Part shown: in pieces, positions 1-11,975 of the stretch
Position numbering within the stretch: the stretch's first letter is position 1
Layout of the letters: every line of letters begins with the position of its first letter
Source: Squalus acanthias
Taxonomy: Eukaryota
Length of the DNA stretch: 64,000 bases
Reading direction: 5' to 3'
Assembly: GCA_030390025.1 (NCBI GenBank)
Contig: CM059432.1
Coordinates: 138,262,001 to 138,326,000, forward strand
Notes under the pieces: generated by a model
Database searches by the model: none
Told to the model about the DNA's origin: nothing
The model's input: the letters and a program-made list of their open reading frames with translations, nothing else
Made by a program: the position numbers and the translations under genes

Positions 1-272
1 TCCCCACAGTGCAGATAGAGGCCATTTCGGCCCATCGAGCCTGCACCGACACATATCCCACCCTATCCCCGTATTTAATCCCCCCTAACACTAAGGGTCA
101 ATTTATCATAGCCAAATCAACCTAACCCGCACATCTTTGGACCGTGGGAGGAAACCCACGCAGACACGGGGAGAATGTGCAAACTCCACACAGACAGTCT
201 CCCGAGGCCGGATTCGAACCCGGGTCCCTGGCGCTGTGAGGCAATAGTGCTAACCACTATGCCACCGTGTTG
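1..272 (-). mobile_element. HE1-type (V-SINE) tRNA-derived SINE
   Basis: Minus strand begins CACGGTGGCATAGTGGTTAGC...GGTTCGAATCC (Pol III A and B boxes). It continues with a V-domain-like core (TGTGTGGAGTTTGCACATTCTCCCCGTGTCTGCGTGGGTTTCCTCC) and a CR1-like tail (GATGGGCCGAAATGGCCTC). Confidence 0.85.
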
Positions 273-543
273 CCTATTCTTTCTTTTTTTTTCAAAAAAA
301 CTGTACCATACCTGATCATTTTAGATTTACAGCTTGTGTACATTACAGAGAGATAGAATCATAGAATGAAACAGCACAGAAGGAGGTCGTTCAGCCCATC
401 TTGCCTGTGCTGCTGGTGCTCAAAGAAAAGGCAACTGTTCACCGTTGGCAGAATTTAAAGCGCTGGTTGAGGGAGAATAAACAAAGAGATTCCATACAGA
501 TATTGGTCACCTTTTCATCTGGGATATAAAGTTGGATAGTGCT

Positions 544-976
544 TGTTAGGGTAAAAATTATAGGGCTTAAAGCAACAATGTAAAATGTAAGTTAAAGCAG
601 CAATGTGAAAGTTAAGGTAAATTCGTAAAGACAGAATGGTTTCACTGACACAGTGCGATGAGTAATGTCTGTGGTCAACATGCGTACGTGCGAGCCCAAT
701 GTTTATAGTTTCGGTAGGGAAGTAAAAATATAGCTTAAAGGGCAGATTATAATTAGGAGCTGTTGCTGGGGGAATGTGATTGGGTGGAGACATTTGTATG
801 TAATGAATTGCATATCCGACCCTATAATGTATAAAAGAAGTTTCGATACCACTGTAACGACGAGAAATGGATCACTAGACAGCGGGGTCTATGGCTCTTC
901 TCCCAGCGCGCTCTGTTAAATAAATTGTGATCTTCTGCTTTGAGACAGACTCGAGTGAATTCATTTTTCACCAACA
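544..976 (+). mobile_element. Solo LTR (433 bp) of an LTR retroelement
   Basis: TGTT...AACA termini; identical 5-bp TSD GTGCT at 539-543 and 977-981; TATAAAA at 830-836; AATAAA at 919-924. Confidence 0.85.
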
Positions 977-1162
977 GTGCTCCACTAGCAATAACCTGTG
1001 CCATTGGGGGAGAGACGGGGAGGTTTAGGGAGGGAACTCCAGGGCTTAGGGCCTAGACGGCTGCCAATGGTGGGGCGAAGGAAGTGGGGGATGCTCCAGA
1101 GCTGGTGGAACACAGAGTTCTTTGAGGTTTGATGGGCTGGAGTCTGCACGCTATCATTGTGC

Positions 1163-1295
1163 GTACATGAGGAAACGGCATTGTGTACTATAAGCGTACG
1201 TACATGAGGCAGCTACACTGTATACAACCAATGTGCATACATGAGGCAACAGCACTGTGTCCTATAAGTGTACATATATAAGGCAGTAGGACTAC
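1163..1295. repeat. Degenerate ~37-bp tandem repeat, ~3.5 copies
   Basis: Units begin gtacatgagg / gtacatgagg / atacatgagg / atatataagg at ~37-bp spacing. Confidence 0.65.
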
Positions 1296-1523
1296 ATAAT
1301 TTCAGACGGTGGTGCTTCTACCCGACCCCTATCCAATTTGCCCTTTTGATTCCTTTGATGAATTTCTAAATCTAAAAGCCCTGCTATTTGCAGATAAGAA
1401 CTTCGCTAGTCCTTATTTAAGTCTGTCATTGTTTATTAATTCCACCCGCTTTGTTGATATTCTATCCCACAAGTTTATCACATTTTCATCAGTGAGTACC
1501 TGAAACCAAGGAGGTCTTAGGTT

Positions 1524-2128
1524 CAGGGCCAGCCTAAGGGAAAATGGTGCTCTGGGCAAACTTATATGTTGGCGCCTTTCATTGAGTTTGTATGTAGTAG
1601 TATTAGCCCAAGTTTCAGAAATAAAGCTGTAATCTCAAAAGTTTTTATAATTTAAATAATAAACAATATAAGTTATAAAAAATAACATTATCGCTTAGTG
1701 GCAAATAAACTAAACATTTAATTAAACACTAAACTAATAAATAACAATAACAAATAAAAAACTTTGTTCACCAAGATATTTTGAGCCACATCATTCTCGA
1801 CAGACAGGATGGCCAGCGAAGATAGCCTGTCGTGGTCCAGTCGCAAATATATTTTTATGAGCTTCAACTTCGAGAAGCTCCGTTCGCTGCTCACCATCGA
1901 TACGGGCATGGTTAACAGGATCCAGAGTGCTGTCCATGTGTCTGGGAACTTGCTCTTGAAACTTGAAGTTTGCTCTTCTTGACGAGCACTACGGTCCGTT
2001 GGAAGAAGACTTTGGAGATCGCCATGTTCTTCGCAGAGGTCGACGCCATTAATGTCAGACCCTCTTGACCACGGCGACCCCCTGACCATGGTGCCCTGGA
2101 TGGTTGCCCAACCGTAAGGCCAGCCCTG
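1524..2128 (-). mobile_element. Non-autonomous hAT element (Tip100/ZMYM-like) retaining a C-terminal dimerisation domain fragment
   Basis: Imperfect TIRs CAGGGCCAGCCTAA / TAAGGCCAGCCCTG; perfect 8-bp TSD CTTAGGTT (1516-1523, 2129-2136). Minus ORF contains FPDTWTALWILLTMPVSMVSSERSFSKLKLIKIYLR...RLSSLAILSVE, the hAT dimerisation motif. Confidence 0.92.
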
Positions 2129-2249
2129 CTTAGGTTCAATCCCCATCTGTGTTCAGTTAGCCGATCTCAACCGTGACACTACAATTGGCATTGTCAATAC
2201 AATTTTCCAGATTATTAATAAATCGTAATGTATCTCGCAATGTTTGACC

Positions 2250-2690
2250 AGCAAAAGAAACCTGCCGCACAGATGAAGGGCTTCAAGAAACCCCAGTCCA
2301 AACCTGCAGGGAAAGAGCTGAAAGTCAAGAAAGGAGAGTCCCTTGATCTACATATACAGTGAGAACTGGACCTGTTTCTGGCTAGGGTGGAGATCACCTC
2401 TTACAAAAGGTGGGTATTGCACAGAATTATCAGGGCCAGAGTGATCTCCTGGCCTAGTTTTGATCACCTGGGGAGTGGGGGGGTGGGGGTGGTCGGAGAA
2501 GAATTCCTTTTCCGCAAATTGGCCTGGGTTTTAATTTTTTTTTTGCCTCTCCCAGGAGTTCGCATGCTTTTCAGCTGGGGTGGGGTGGGGTGGGGGAGTG
2601 CATATTTTGTGATGCACCCACAAGGCATCGCAGTTGTGTGGGACAGGCTGGATGGACCAGAGGGTCTTTTCCTGTCCGTCATTGTTCAAT
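2250..2690 (+). mobile_element. Old CR1-type 3' end/UTR fragment
   Basis: Ends in GGACAGGCTGGATGGACCAGAGGGTCTTTTCCTGTCC, resembling a CR1 3' stem-loop; degenerate. Confidence 0.45.
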
Positions 2691-2871
2691 TATTCATATG
2701 ATGAAGCGGGTTCATCCTCCAAGACCAGACCGATTGTCTTATGTTACATTTGAGGGAATGTCACCCAGCGTGCAAGCAGTGCAGAACCAGATCGGGAGGC
2801 CTGAGCGCAGATAGCGCTGGATTCCCAATTCAATGGAGAACCTTTTCGAAGGTTTTTTTGAGGCTCCATTG

Positions 2872-3320
2872 CAACAACAATTTGCATTTATCTAGCGCCT
2901 TTGACACTGTAAAACAACCAAGGCGCTTCTCAGGAGTGTTATCAAGCAAAATGTGACACCGAGCCACATAAGGAGATATTAGGACAGGCTTGGTCAACGA
3001 GGTAGGTTTTAAGAAGCGTCTTAAAGGATGAGGAGAGATGGAGAGAGGTGGAGCGATTTAGGGATGGAAAATCTGGAGCTTGGGGGCCTTGGCAGCTAAA
3101 GGCCACCAATGGTGGAGCGATGAAAATCGGGGACACGCAAGAGGCCAGAACTGGGGAGCACAGAGGTCTGGAGGGGTTGTGGGGCTGGAGGAGATTACAG
3201 AGATAGGGAGGGCTGAGCTCATGGAAGGATTTGTAAACAAGGATGAGAATTTTTAAATGGAGGCGTCGCCGGACCGAGAGCCAATGTAGGTCAGCGAGCA
3301 CCAGGGGCGATGGGTAAACG
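2872..3320 (-). mobile_element. L2-clade LINE 3' fragment
   Basis: Minus translation LADLHWLSVRRRLHLKILILVYKS...PPYLCNLLQP...SSFKTLLKTYL; ends with an AAATGCAAATTGTTGTTG tail. Confidence 0.85.
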
Positions 3321-3581
3321 GCACTTGGAGGGAGTTAGTGTGCACAGACCTCATGACAGCCACGTGGTCATGAGTCCCATGACAGGTTCCCCAAGGTCCA
3401 CTCTTTTTACACCGAAACAAACACTTCTGGGCTTTCATTCTGTTTGCCGGAGAATGTCCGCTCTTAAAGCTGGGACTGACTGCTTTATTTGGACTTGCCA
3501 TACTGCTGTTTCTGCACTATTGTGTGTCCACATTGTTTTTCCTGTTGTTTGTTGCTGATTTTCTGAAATTCCTGGGAGAGT

Positions 3582-3985
3582 TCTCCTTAGAGCAGAGAAG
3601 GTTAAGGGAAGATTTAATAGAGGTGTTCAAAATTATGAAGGAGTTTTCATAGAGTAAATAAGGAGAAACTGTTTCCACTGGCAGGAGGGTCGGTAACCAG
3701 AGGACACAGATTTAAGGTAATTGGCAAAAGAACCAGAGGGGGAGATGAGGAGAATTGTTTTTACACAGCGAGTTGTTATGATCTGCAATGCTCTGCCTGA
3801 AAGGGCAGTGGAAGCAGATTCAATAGTAACTTTCAAAAGAGAATTGGATAAATACTTGAAAAGGAAAAATTTGCAGGGGAAAGAGCAGGGGGAGTGGGAC
3901 TACTTGGATAGCTCTTTCAAAAAGACAGTACAGGCACAATGGGCCGAATGGCCTCCTTGTGTGCTGTACGATTCTATGATTCTAC
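3582..3985 (+). mobile_element. CR1 LINE 3' fragment
   Basis: FSLEQRRLREDLIEVFKIM...FTQRVV..CNALP motif and a TTCTATGATTCTA tail. Confidence 0.85.
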
Positions 3986-4229
3986 GAATACAGGACTCCT
4001 TTAGCACAGATGTCCAGCCACAGCTGCCAACCTCAGCGTCATCCACACTGCTCAGTGTGGACATCCCAATGGGCCTGCCAATAGCTGTCTTGGATCAGAA
4101 GGAGGTAAAGGAGCTCAGGCAGACGGACGAAAGACAGGTTTGCTCAAACCACAGGTGTAAGGCGCCTGCCCAGTATCTGCACAGAGACAACACTCTATGA
4201 CCCAGGCACACCTACTTGGGCGCAGCTGA

Positions 4230-4590
4230 ATCATAGAATCATAGAAGATAGGAGCAGGAGTAGGCCATTCGGCCCCTCTAGCCTGCTCCGCCATTCAATG
4301 CGATCATGGCTGATCATCCAAATTCAGTACCCTGTCCCTGCTTTCTCCCCATATCCCTTGATCCCTTCAGCCTTAAGAAATATATCCAACTCCTTCTTGA
4401 ATCTATTTAATGAATTGGCCTCTACTGCCTTCTGTGGCAGAGAATTCCACAGGTTCACCACTCTCTGGGTGAAGAAATTCCTCCTCATTTCTGTCCTAAA
4501 TGGCTTACCCCTTATCCTTAGACTGTGACCCCTGGTTCTGGACCCCCCCCGACCATCGGGAACATCCTTCCTGCATCTAGTTTGTCCTGT
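4230..4590 (-). mobile_element. CR1 LINE 3' fragment (young subfamily)
   Basis: Reverse complement near-identical to 36030-36360 and 53560-53890. Confidence 0.9.
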
Positions 4591-4629
4591 CCTGACTGAG
4601 GTGACCAGTCTTCGCTATCTCGGCTTCAC

Positions 4630-5025
4630 TACTCCAGAGACTTGAGCACCTAATCCAGGCCAACACCCCCAGTGCAGTACTGAGGGAGCGCTGCACTGTC
4701 GGACGTTAAAGACAAGACTTTAAACCGAGGGCCCGTCTGCCCTCTCAGGTGGATGTAAAAGATCTCATTTCCCTATTACGAAGAAGAGCTGGGGAGTTCT
4801 CCCTGGTGTCCCGGCCAATATTTATCCCTCAACCAACATCACCAAAAAAAAACAGATTATCTGGTCATTATCACATTGCTGTTCGTGGGAGCTTGCTGTG
4901 TGCAAATTGGCTGCCGCGGTTCCTACATTACAACAGTGACTACACTTCAAAAGTATTTAATTAGCTCGAAAGTGCTTTGGGACGTCCTGATGTCGTGAAA
5001 GGCGTGATTATAAATGCAAGTCTTT
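4630..5025 (+). mobile_element. Deu-domain SINE (SacSINE1-like)
   Basis: CAGTGCAGTACTGAGGGAG...TAAACCGAGG..CCGTCTGCCCTCTCAGGTGGATGTAAAAGATC core and an L2-like tail TATAAATGCAAGTCTTTCTTT. Confidence 0.85.
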
Positions 5026-5044
5026 CTTTCTTTCTAACAATAAC

Positions 5045-6560
5045 CCTGTGGCATGCTTTAATAGGAAAGGCTTTCATCCCATCAACATACAGGTGGTGTC
5101 AGAATAATGCTGCTGAATGTGCAACAGCCAGCAGCAACCATGTGCCTTCATCTGCTGCCAGTCCATGGTGTCAGCACTATTTTAAGGAGCAGTCAGACCG
5201 GGCAGGAGGCCCAAGACCTCTCTTCCTCTTGTTGCTCATGTGTTGCCACTTCCACTTGGTCCTCCTCACCGGTTCTGGCTGCTTCACTGGGTCCTCCCTT
5301 TATCTGGATCCCCTGAAAATGGACGCATGTGTGCTGGTGTGCTGAGGAGTGCTCGAAGGGTGATGGGCCTACTTCGCGCTCAGTCGGGGTGCCAGCTACA
5401 TTGGGGTAGAGTTTCTGCTCGGTTGCGCTGGTTTTCTCGGCGCCATTCGCCCGAAATGGGCATAACCCGCGCAAACGATTGCGGAGTTTTAAGTGCAAAT
5501 TATGCTCAGTGCAAATCGAGTTCCCGCGATCTTTTGTGCGATAGAGGCCATAAAACTGGCCACGCCCCCAGGGTGAATTAACCACCATTGGGAGTTTCCG
5601 CTAATTGCGCTCGTCTGCGGGCCTGCGAGGAGCCTCTATAAATTAAACTTTCTTTCGGGCGCAAGGATGTTAATAAGCACCTTTTAAAAGCCTTTGAATG
5701 CATTTTTTTTAATTTACTAAGAAACTGACTACTGTACCCCAATATAACTAGCAAATGGTTTTGTATTTTTTTTTAAAGTCATTTTCAGTCATTTAAAATC
5801 AGATTACTCACAGGTGATGGGGACTAGACACTGATTAAAAATGCTTATTTGTTTTGTGATAAGCCCATTTTCAGCCCCGATTGCACACGTTCCATGGCAG
5901 ATTTTCCAATCAGCAATATGCAAACGAGTTTGAGCAGAAACTCGAGATAAAAAGCACGTCTCAAAACAGGCGCAATATTGGGCGCAATTTGCGCCCGGAC
6001 CGCCGATTTGCACTCAAAGCGGAAACTCTGCCCCGGTATCGTGAGAGCCCCCGACACAAAGAGAAAGGGAACATGTGTTGGAAGCAACTAGCTGTGCAAA
6101 TATTGGCACGGTCAGTATAGTCATTCTGCTATTGAGTAGATGTGTCTGCGTGCAACTCATTGAGTGAGTTTGAAGGGCTACCAAGAAGAAGTTGTTGAAA
6201 AGAACACTTCCCTTCTTGAGCTGCCATGACGCCACCAATCTCTCCCTTGTCCACATCCTCGATGGCTTCCACCTCAACAATTTGGAAGATGAGCTCCTCA
6301 TGGTGAGTGGGATGACACAGGTTGGCTGGTACAACACCGGTGAGGGTTCTCTCTCATTTGTCGGCATCCTTCTTCTTTAAAAAGACACACCAAATAGTTG
6401 CTTTCAGCATTCAATGTAACATAATGCCTAGCCTACATTCCACCTGATGTGAGAGGATGATTGCAGAGCATGCAAGTAGTTTGAGGAGCTATAGTGACTT
6501 GGTGAGATAACATCCAGCTCTGGATAATATGAGCCCGTGTTCTCACACCTGACCTCCACC
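5045..6560. mobile_element. Decayed PIF/Harbinger element (transposase remnant on +, Myb-gene remnant on -)
   Basis: At ~5056-5180 (+), FNRKGFHPINIQVV and a degenerate PGSxHDAFI-like segment. At ~6230-6375 (-), a degenerate RExxxTG...HEELI...DKGEIG segment resembling exon 2 of the Harbinger Myb/SANT gene. Confidence 0.55.
5403..6034. mobile_element. Harbinger-type MITE nested in the decayed Harbinger
   Basis: TIRs GGGGTAGAGTTTCTGCT / AGCGGAAACTCTGCCCC; no intact TSD. Confidence 0.7.
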
Positions 6561-6774
6561 TAATGTCTCCCAGTAGCAGTCATCCTAAATCTGAAATTCC
6601 TCATCAGCTTTACAATGACCATTTGCCTTTGGTGGCATGGTGGAAGAATCTACACAAGGCAGCTTGCATCATGCCAGTGTAAGATACCCTATTCTTATAT
6701 ACATATATACGTAGGATTTAGGATTTGGTTTAATCGCATATGATTAAGATTTTTGCTTTCTTTTCACTTATAGC

Positions 6775-7773
6775 GTGTAGAGTTCCTCAGGGCAGTGCCC
6801 TAGGCCCAACCATCTTCAGCTGCTTCATCAATGACCTTCCCTCCCACATAAGGTCAGAAATGGGGATGTTCGCTGATGACTGCACAGTGTTCAGCGCCAT
6901 TCGCAACTCCTCAGATAATGAAGCAGTCCATGCCCGCATGCAACAAGACCTGGACGACGTTCAGGCTTGGGCTGATAAGTGGCAGGTAACATTCGCGCCA
7001 CAGAAGTGCCAGGCAATGACTATCTCCAACAAGCGAGAGTCGAACCACCTCCCATTGACATTCAATGGCATTACCATCGCCGAATCCCCCACTATCAACA
7101 TCCTGGGGGTCATCATTAACCAGAAACTTAACTGGACCAGCCACATAAATACTGTGGTAACAAAAGCAGGTCAGAGGCTAGATATTCTGCGGCGAGTGTC
7201 TCGCCTCCTGACTCCCCAAAGCCTTTCCACCATCTACAAGGCACAAGTAAGGAGTGTGATGGAATACTCTCCACTTGCCTGGATGAGTGCAGCTCCAACA
7301 ACACTCAAGAAGCTCGACACCATCCAGGACAAAGCAGCCCGATTGATTGGCACCCCATCCACCACCTTAAACATTCACTCCCTCCACCACCGGCGTACCG
7401 TGGCTGCAGTGTGTACCATCTACAAGATGCACTGCAGCAACTCGCCAAGGCTTCTTCGGCAGCACCTCCCAAACCCACGACCTCTTCCACCTAGAAGGAC
7501 AAGGGCAGCAGGCGCATGGGAACACCACCACCTCCAAGTTCCCCTCCAAGTCACACACCATCCTGACTTAGAAGTATATCGCCGATCCTTCATCGTCACT
7601 GGGTTAAAATCCTGGAACTCCCTACCTAACAGCACTGTGGGAGTACCATCACCACACGGACTGCAGCGGTTCAAGAAGGCGGCTCACCACCACCTTCCAA
7701 GGGCAACTAGGGATGGGCAATAAATGCTGGCATTGCCAGCGACGCCCTGATCCCATAAACGAATAAAAAAAAA
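6775..7773 (+). mobile_element. 5'-truncated CR1/L2-group LINE with an open RT C-terminal half
   Basis: ORF 6740-7723: VPQGSALGPTIFSCFINDL, FADD, WADKWQVTF, YKAQVRSVMEY; 3' end GGGCAATAAATGCTGG...CGAATAAAAAAAAA. The lineage differs from the other CR1 copies in the window. Confidence 0.9.
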
Positions 7774-8199
7774 TTGTAGAAATAATAAAATGGTCAAGTT
7801 GCTCATTCCCAGAATTCTTCAGGATATGGATGACATTTAGCAAGAAAAAGCTTTGTCAGCATGGAGAGGTCTTTGGTTAGCAAGGAATGCTGAATAAGGG
7901 GTCAGTGGTCTCCCAGATAGAGGGTAGCCTATATCATAAACAAACAAGACAATGATCAACAGATCAGTTAGGAAAGTGAAAAACAACTCCTTTTAAGGGA
8001 TGGCTGTGCGTGACTAGAGCCCTATAAAGATATTAAGCTTTCCTTCACAAATCGTAGAGAGAGCGAGACAAGAATTAAAGAATCGATGATGGTTACATTC
8101 TCTATCCAGAGACAAAGTGGGTAATGTTGTTTATTTCTATGTATGACTATTGTTTAAGACATTGAGTATGTCAGGACTCGGTCGAACTCAATAAATATT

Positions 8200-9440
8200 A
8201 TTTGCAACCAGGTTGGCGTCGAGTCCAAGAACCTTACACCAGCCATCTTCATGTTCTAGGCATCCAAGTCTAGTGCCACATACCAGCTTACTGATCACTA
8301 TCTAATCCATGGGTTTTGGTAAAGCGTCCTATTGCCTTGAGACTGACTCATCCTTCAGCGTACTCAAATCCACAAATCCGTCTTATATCTTTATCCTGGA
8401 TCTCCCATGTGTGCTGAAGGAAGGTCTTCCACTGCATGCCTAAGAGTTCTGAACTGTGAGAATGCCATTTGGATACATGTCTTATATGCTTAACTTTAAC
8501 CTTAAGCTTAACCTGTATTGGATATCTGCTATTATTAAAGAAATCTGAGAGGCGCCCTTCACTGCTTCGCAAAGTGGTCCAAAAGGACCATGTCCAACCT
8601 GAAGTTGACATCCACCAGGCCCCCAGATACCGTGATGAATCAATAACTGGAACGGATGCCCCTTGTATCTCCCAATCAAAACCTTTGAGAACCCCCCTTG
8701 GACTATATAAAGCCATAATACCGCATTTGGAGGCAGTCACCATCATATCCCGCTAGTGAGTGCATTGCACAAGGTGGTGGGTGGAGTGGAACTAGATCTC
8801 CAGGTGAATCCACCAACAACACAATATCATCTGTGATAAGGAGAGCCACAATATTTCAGAAACAGCTGGAACAGACACTCGAAAGTCTATCCCTCATGAT
8901 TCCATCCAATATATTGTTGATGAAGAGACTCAGTAGGATGGCTAACAGTAGACTACCTCTCCTTACTTCTCTTTCTACTTACTTAGAACAGGAGTACACA
9001 TCCCAGATAAAATCCAAGATATTGCCACGTACTCCCAAAGCTTCCAGCTTCTCCAGAAAGCATTAGCTTGAAAACCTTATAAAAATTCAATGAAAGCAAT
9101 GTAAGATTCTTATGATGCCCTGCAATTGTGAATAAAGCTATGGTCTACCCTTCACAATCCTCACTGGAACAGAATCCAGCCTGTTCTTTTCAGAATACTT
9201 CACAGGCCTCGAGAGCATCAAAAAATTTTGCACAGCAACCTCGAAGCATCACCTTAACTACCACTGACATCAGCAAGATTCCTTGGTGGTTTTCTGTCTC
9301 AAAAAAATGGTCTCCCTCCTTGTGAATTGAAACCAAAACTGCACTGCGGGATGCTGAGGGATTGTATGACTCAAACAGAATCTTATTCATTAGCCACAAA
9401 CGATCAGCTCCAAGGCAATTTGATGGTTTCTGGCACAGTT
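8200..9440 (-). pseudogene. Highly degenerate non-LTR reverse transcriptase of a divergent lineage
   Basis: Collinear RT motifs across frameshifts and stops: VLVSIHKEGD..ENHQGILLMSVVVKV, EQAGF, GVRGNILDFI, EVRRGSLLLAILLSLFINNILDG, LLITDDIVLL, SKCGIM, VPVIDSSRYLG, HSSELLGM. Confidence 0.75.
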
Positions 9441-9459
9441 CACCGAGACCATTTCTGTC

Positions 9460-9760
9460 ACCTAGCCCAAGGCGCTTCACAGTAGTGATTATCAAACAAA
9501 ATTTGACCTGAGCCACATAAGGAGCTATTAGGACAGGTAATCAAAAGCTTGAGCAAAGAGGTAGGTTTTAAGGAGTGTTTTAAAGGAGGAGAGAGCGGTA
9601 GAGAGGTGGTGAGGTTTAGGGAGGGAATTCCAAAGCTTAGGGCCTAGGCAGCTGAATGCACGGCCGCCAATGGTGGGGCTGAAGGAAATCGGGAATGCAC
9701 AAGAGGCCGGAATTGGAGCATCGCAGAGCTCTCGTAGGGTCATAGGGCCTAGGCAGCTGA
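9460..9760 (-). mobile_element. L2 LINE 3' fragment
   Basis: TIGGRAFSCLGPKLWNSLP...SSFKTLLKTYLF on the minus strand. Confidence 0.85.
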
Positions 9761-9909
9761 AGCTGAAGGTTCACTGAAGATGTAGCCCAGCAGACCCCAG
9801 AAGAAGATGGAACTGTTTGATATGGTCATTAAATGGCTACCTAATAAAGAGGATACTTTTATATTAATGCAATCCTAGGTACAAAATTATTGGCAGTGTT
9901 CACAGGATG

Positions 9910-10960
9910 TGACATCGCTTTTATTGCTCATCCCTAATTGCCCTTGAGAAGGTGGTGGTGAGTCGCCTTCTTGACGACTGAGTGGCTTGCTCAGCCATTT
10001 CAAAAGGCAGTTATAAGAACATAAGAACATAAGAAGTAGGAGCAGGAGTAGGCCATACGACCCTTCGGGCCTGCTCCGCCATTCAATAGGATCATGCTGA
10101 TCCGAACCTAGACTCACGTCCACTTCCCTGCCTGCTCCCCATAACCCTTAATTCCCTTATCAGCTAGGAAACTGTCTATCTCCGTTTTAAATTTATTTAA
10201 TGTCGCAGCTTCCACAGCTCTCTGAGGTAGCAAATTCCATAGATTTACTACCCTCTGAGTGAAGAAGTTTCTCCTCATCTCAGTTTTGAAACGGCAGCCC
10301 CTTATTCTAAGATTATGCCCCCTAGTTCTAGTCTCACCCATCAGTGGAAACATCCTCCCCGCATCCACCCGATCAAGCCCTCTCACAATCTTATATGTTT
10401 CGATAAGATCGCCTCTCATTCTTCTGTATTCCAATGAGTAGAGGCCCAATCTACTCAACCTTTCCTCATAAGTCAACCCCCTCATCTCCGGAATCAACCG
10501 AGTGAACCTTCTCTGAACTGCCTCTAGAGCAAGTATATCTTTTCTTAAATATGGAAACCAAAACTGTACGCAGTACTCCAGGTGTGGCCTCACCAGTACC
10601 CTGTATAGCTGAAGCAAGACTTCCCTGCTTTTATACTCCATCCCCCTTGCAATAAAAGCCAAGATTAAGAGTTAAGAGTCAACCACATTGCTGTGGGTCT
10701 GGAGTCATGTATACGCCAGATCGGGTAAGGATGGCAGATTTCCTTCCCTAAAAGTCATTAATGAACCATATGGGTTTTTACAACAATCCAGTAGTTACAT
10801 GGTTACCATTACTGATACTAACTTTTTAGTTCCACATTTATTTAACTGAATTTAAATTCCCCATCTGCCGTGTAGGGATTATGAACTCTTCTCTCCAGAT
10901 CATTAGTCCAGACCTCTGGATTGCTAGTCCAGTAACATTACCACTATGCTACTGTTCCCT
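9910..10960 (-). mobile_element. tRNA-derived SINE sharing its tail with the 6775-7773 LINE, split by a CR1 insertion
   Basis: Minus 5' end GTAGCATAGTGGTAATGTTACTGGACTAG (A box) with a degenerate B box. Tail AAGAAGGCGACTCACCACCACCTTCTCAAGGGCAATTAGGGATG matches 7673-7720. Confidence 0.75.
10013..10665 (-). mobile_element. CR1 LINE 3' fragment inserted into a SINE
   Basis: ORF 10114-10662 (LYRVLVRPHLEYCVQFW...FFTQRVVNLWN) and an 8-bp (GTTCTTAT)n tail. Confidence 0.92.
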
Positions 10961-11574
10961 TTTGCAACACCAAAGTTCTGATTGGTCCCCTTGGATGACA
11001 AGACCAGATTTCTGATTGGTCCCCTTGGAGGTTAAGCCATAACCAACAGTTTGTCTGGAATGTGTAATTAGATCCTGCCTGCCTGAGTAATCAAGTACTT
11101 CGCAATGTGTAATTTGATCCATTCATTCTGACTGCCAGGCTCCAGACACAGCTCACAGTACTGCTTTCAGAGAACAGACAGGGCTTACCCTCGTGGGTTA
11201 GGACCTTCTCCCACCAACCCCCTTGCCCCACCACCCGAGTTCTTGACCTTCCCCCGCAAACAAGTTCCTGACCTTCTCCCCTCATAACAAGTTCCTGACC
11301 TTCTTCCTCACCCCCATAGATGAGGCATTGTGTGTGGGTCACGAATTGTTAACAGATTTATTGGGTATGAAGTGAATAGTGACAGTGTCATGACTTCTTG
11401 ATTTCGTCCAGTCCAATGATGTCACTTGACACACACGTGCTGAGCTTGCCGAGAAATCAACCAGGTCTAGGGGAAGAAGAGGGAGAACGTGGTGCATGTG
11501 TGAAGGGGGTGGTGGTGGCGTTGGAAGAATGTGATCCACGGCTAACAGAGGGGGGTGAACGAGAACGTGATCTG

Positions 11575-11975
11575 TCTTCCCATCTGGATCCCCTCTCCTC
11601 CCCCTCTTCGATATCCTCTCCTCTCCCCCTTCGATCCCCTCTCCTCCCCTCTTCGATATCCTCTCCTCTCCCCCTTCGATCCCCTCTCTTCCCCTTCTTC
11701 AATCCACTCTCCTCTCCCCTTCGATCCCCTCTCCTCCCCCCTTCGATCCCCTCTCCTCCCCTTCTTCAATCCACTCTCCTCTCCCCTTCGATCCCCTCTC
11801 CTCCCACTCTTCAATTCCCTCTCCTCCCCCCTTCGATCCCCTCTCCTCTCCTCTCCCCCTTCAATCCCCTCTCTTCTCCTCTCCCCCTTCGATCCCCTCT
11901 CCTCTCCTCTCCCCCTTTGATCCCCTCTCCTCTCCCCTCCCCACGCCCCCCTCCACCCCGACCACCAACCCGATC
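11575..11975. repeat. Pyrimidine-rich minisatellite (unit ~CTTCGATCCCCTCTCCTCCCC)
   Basis: Repeated cttcgatcccctctcctc units with length variants. Confidence 0.9.

Noticed and set aside
200..272. tRNA gene (also SINE heads near 20130-20203 and 60795-60865)
   Set aside because: A/B boxes run directly into SINE bodies; these are SINE heads.
1163..1295. CRISPR-like 37-bp periodicity
   Set aside because: Whole units are mutually similar; this is a degenerate minisatellite.
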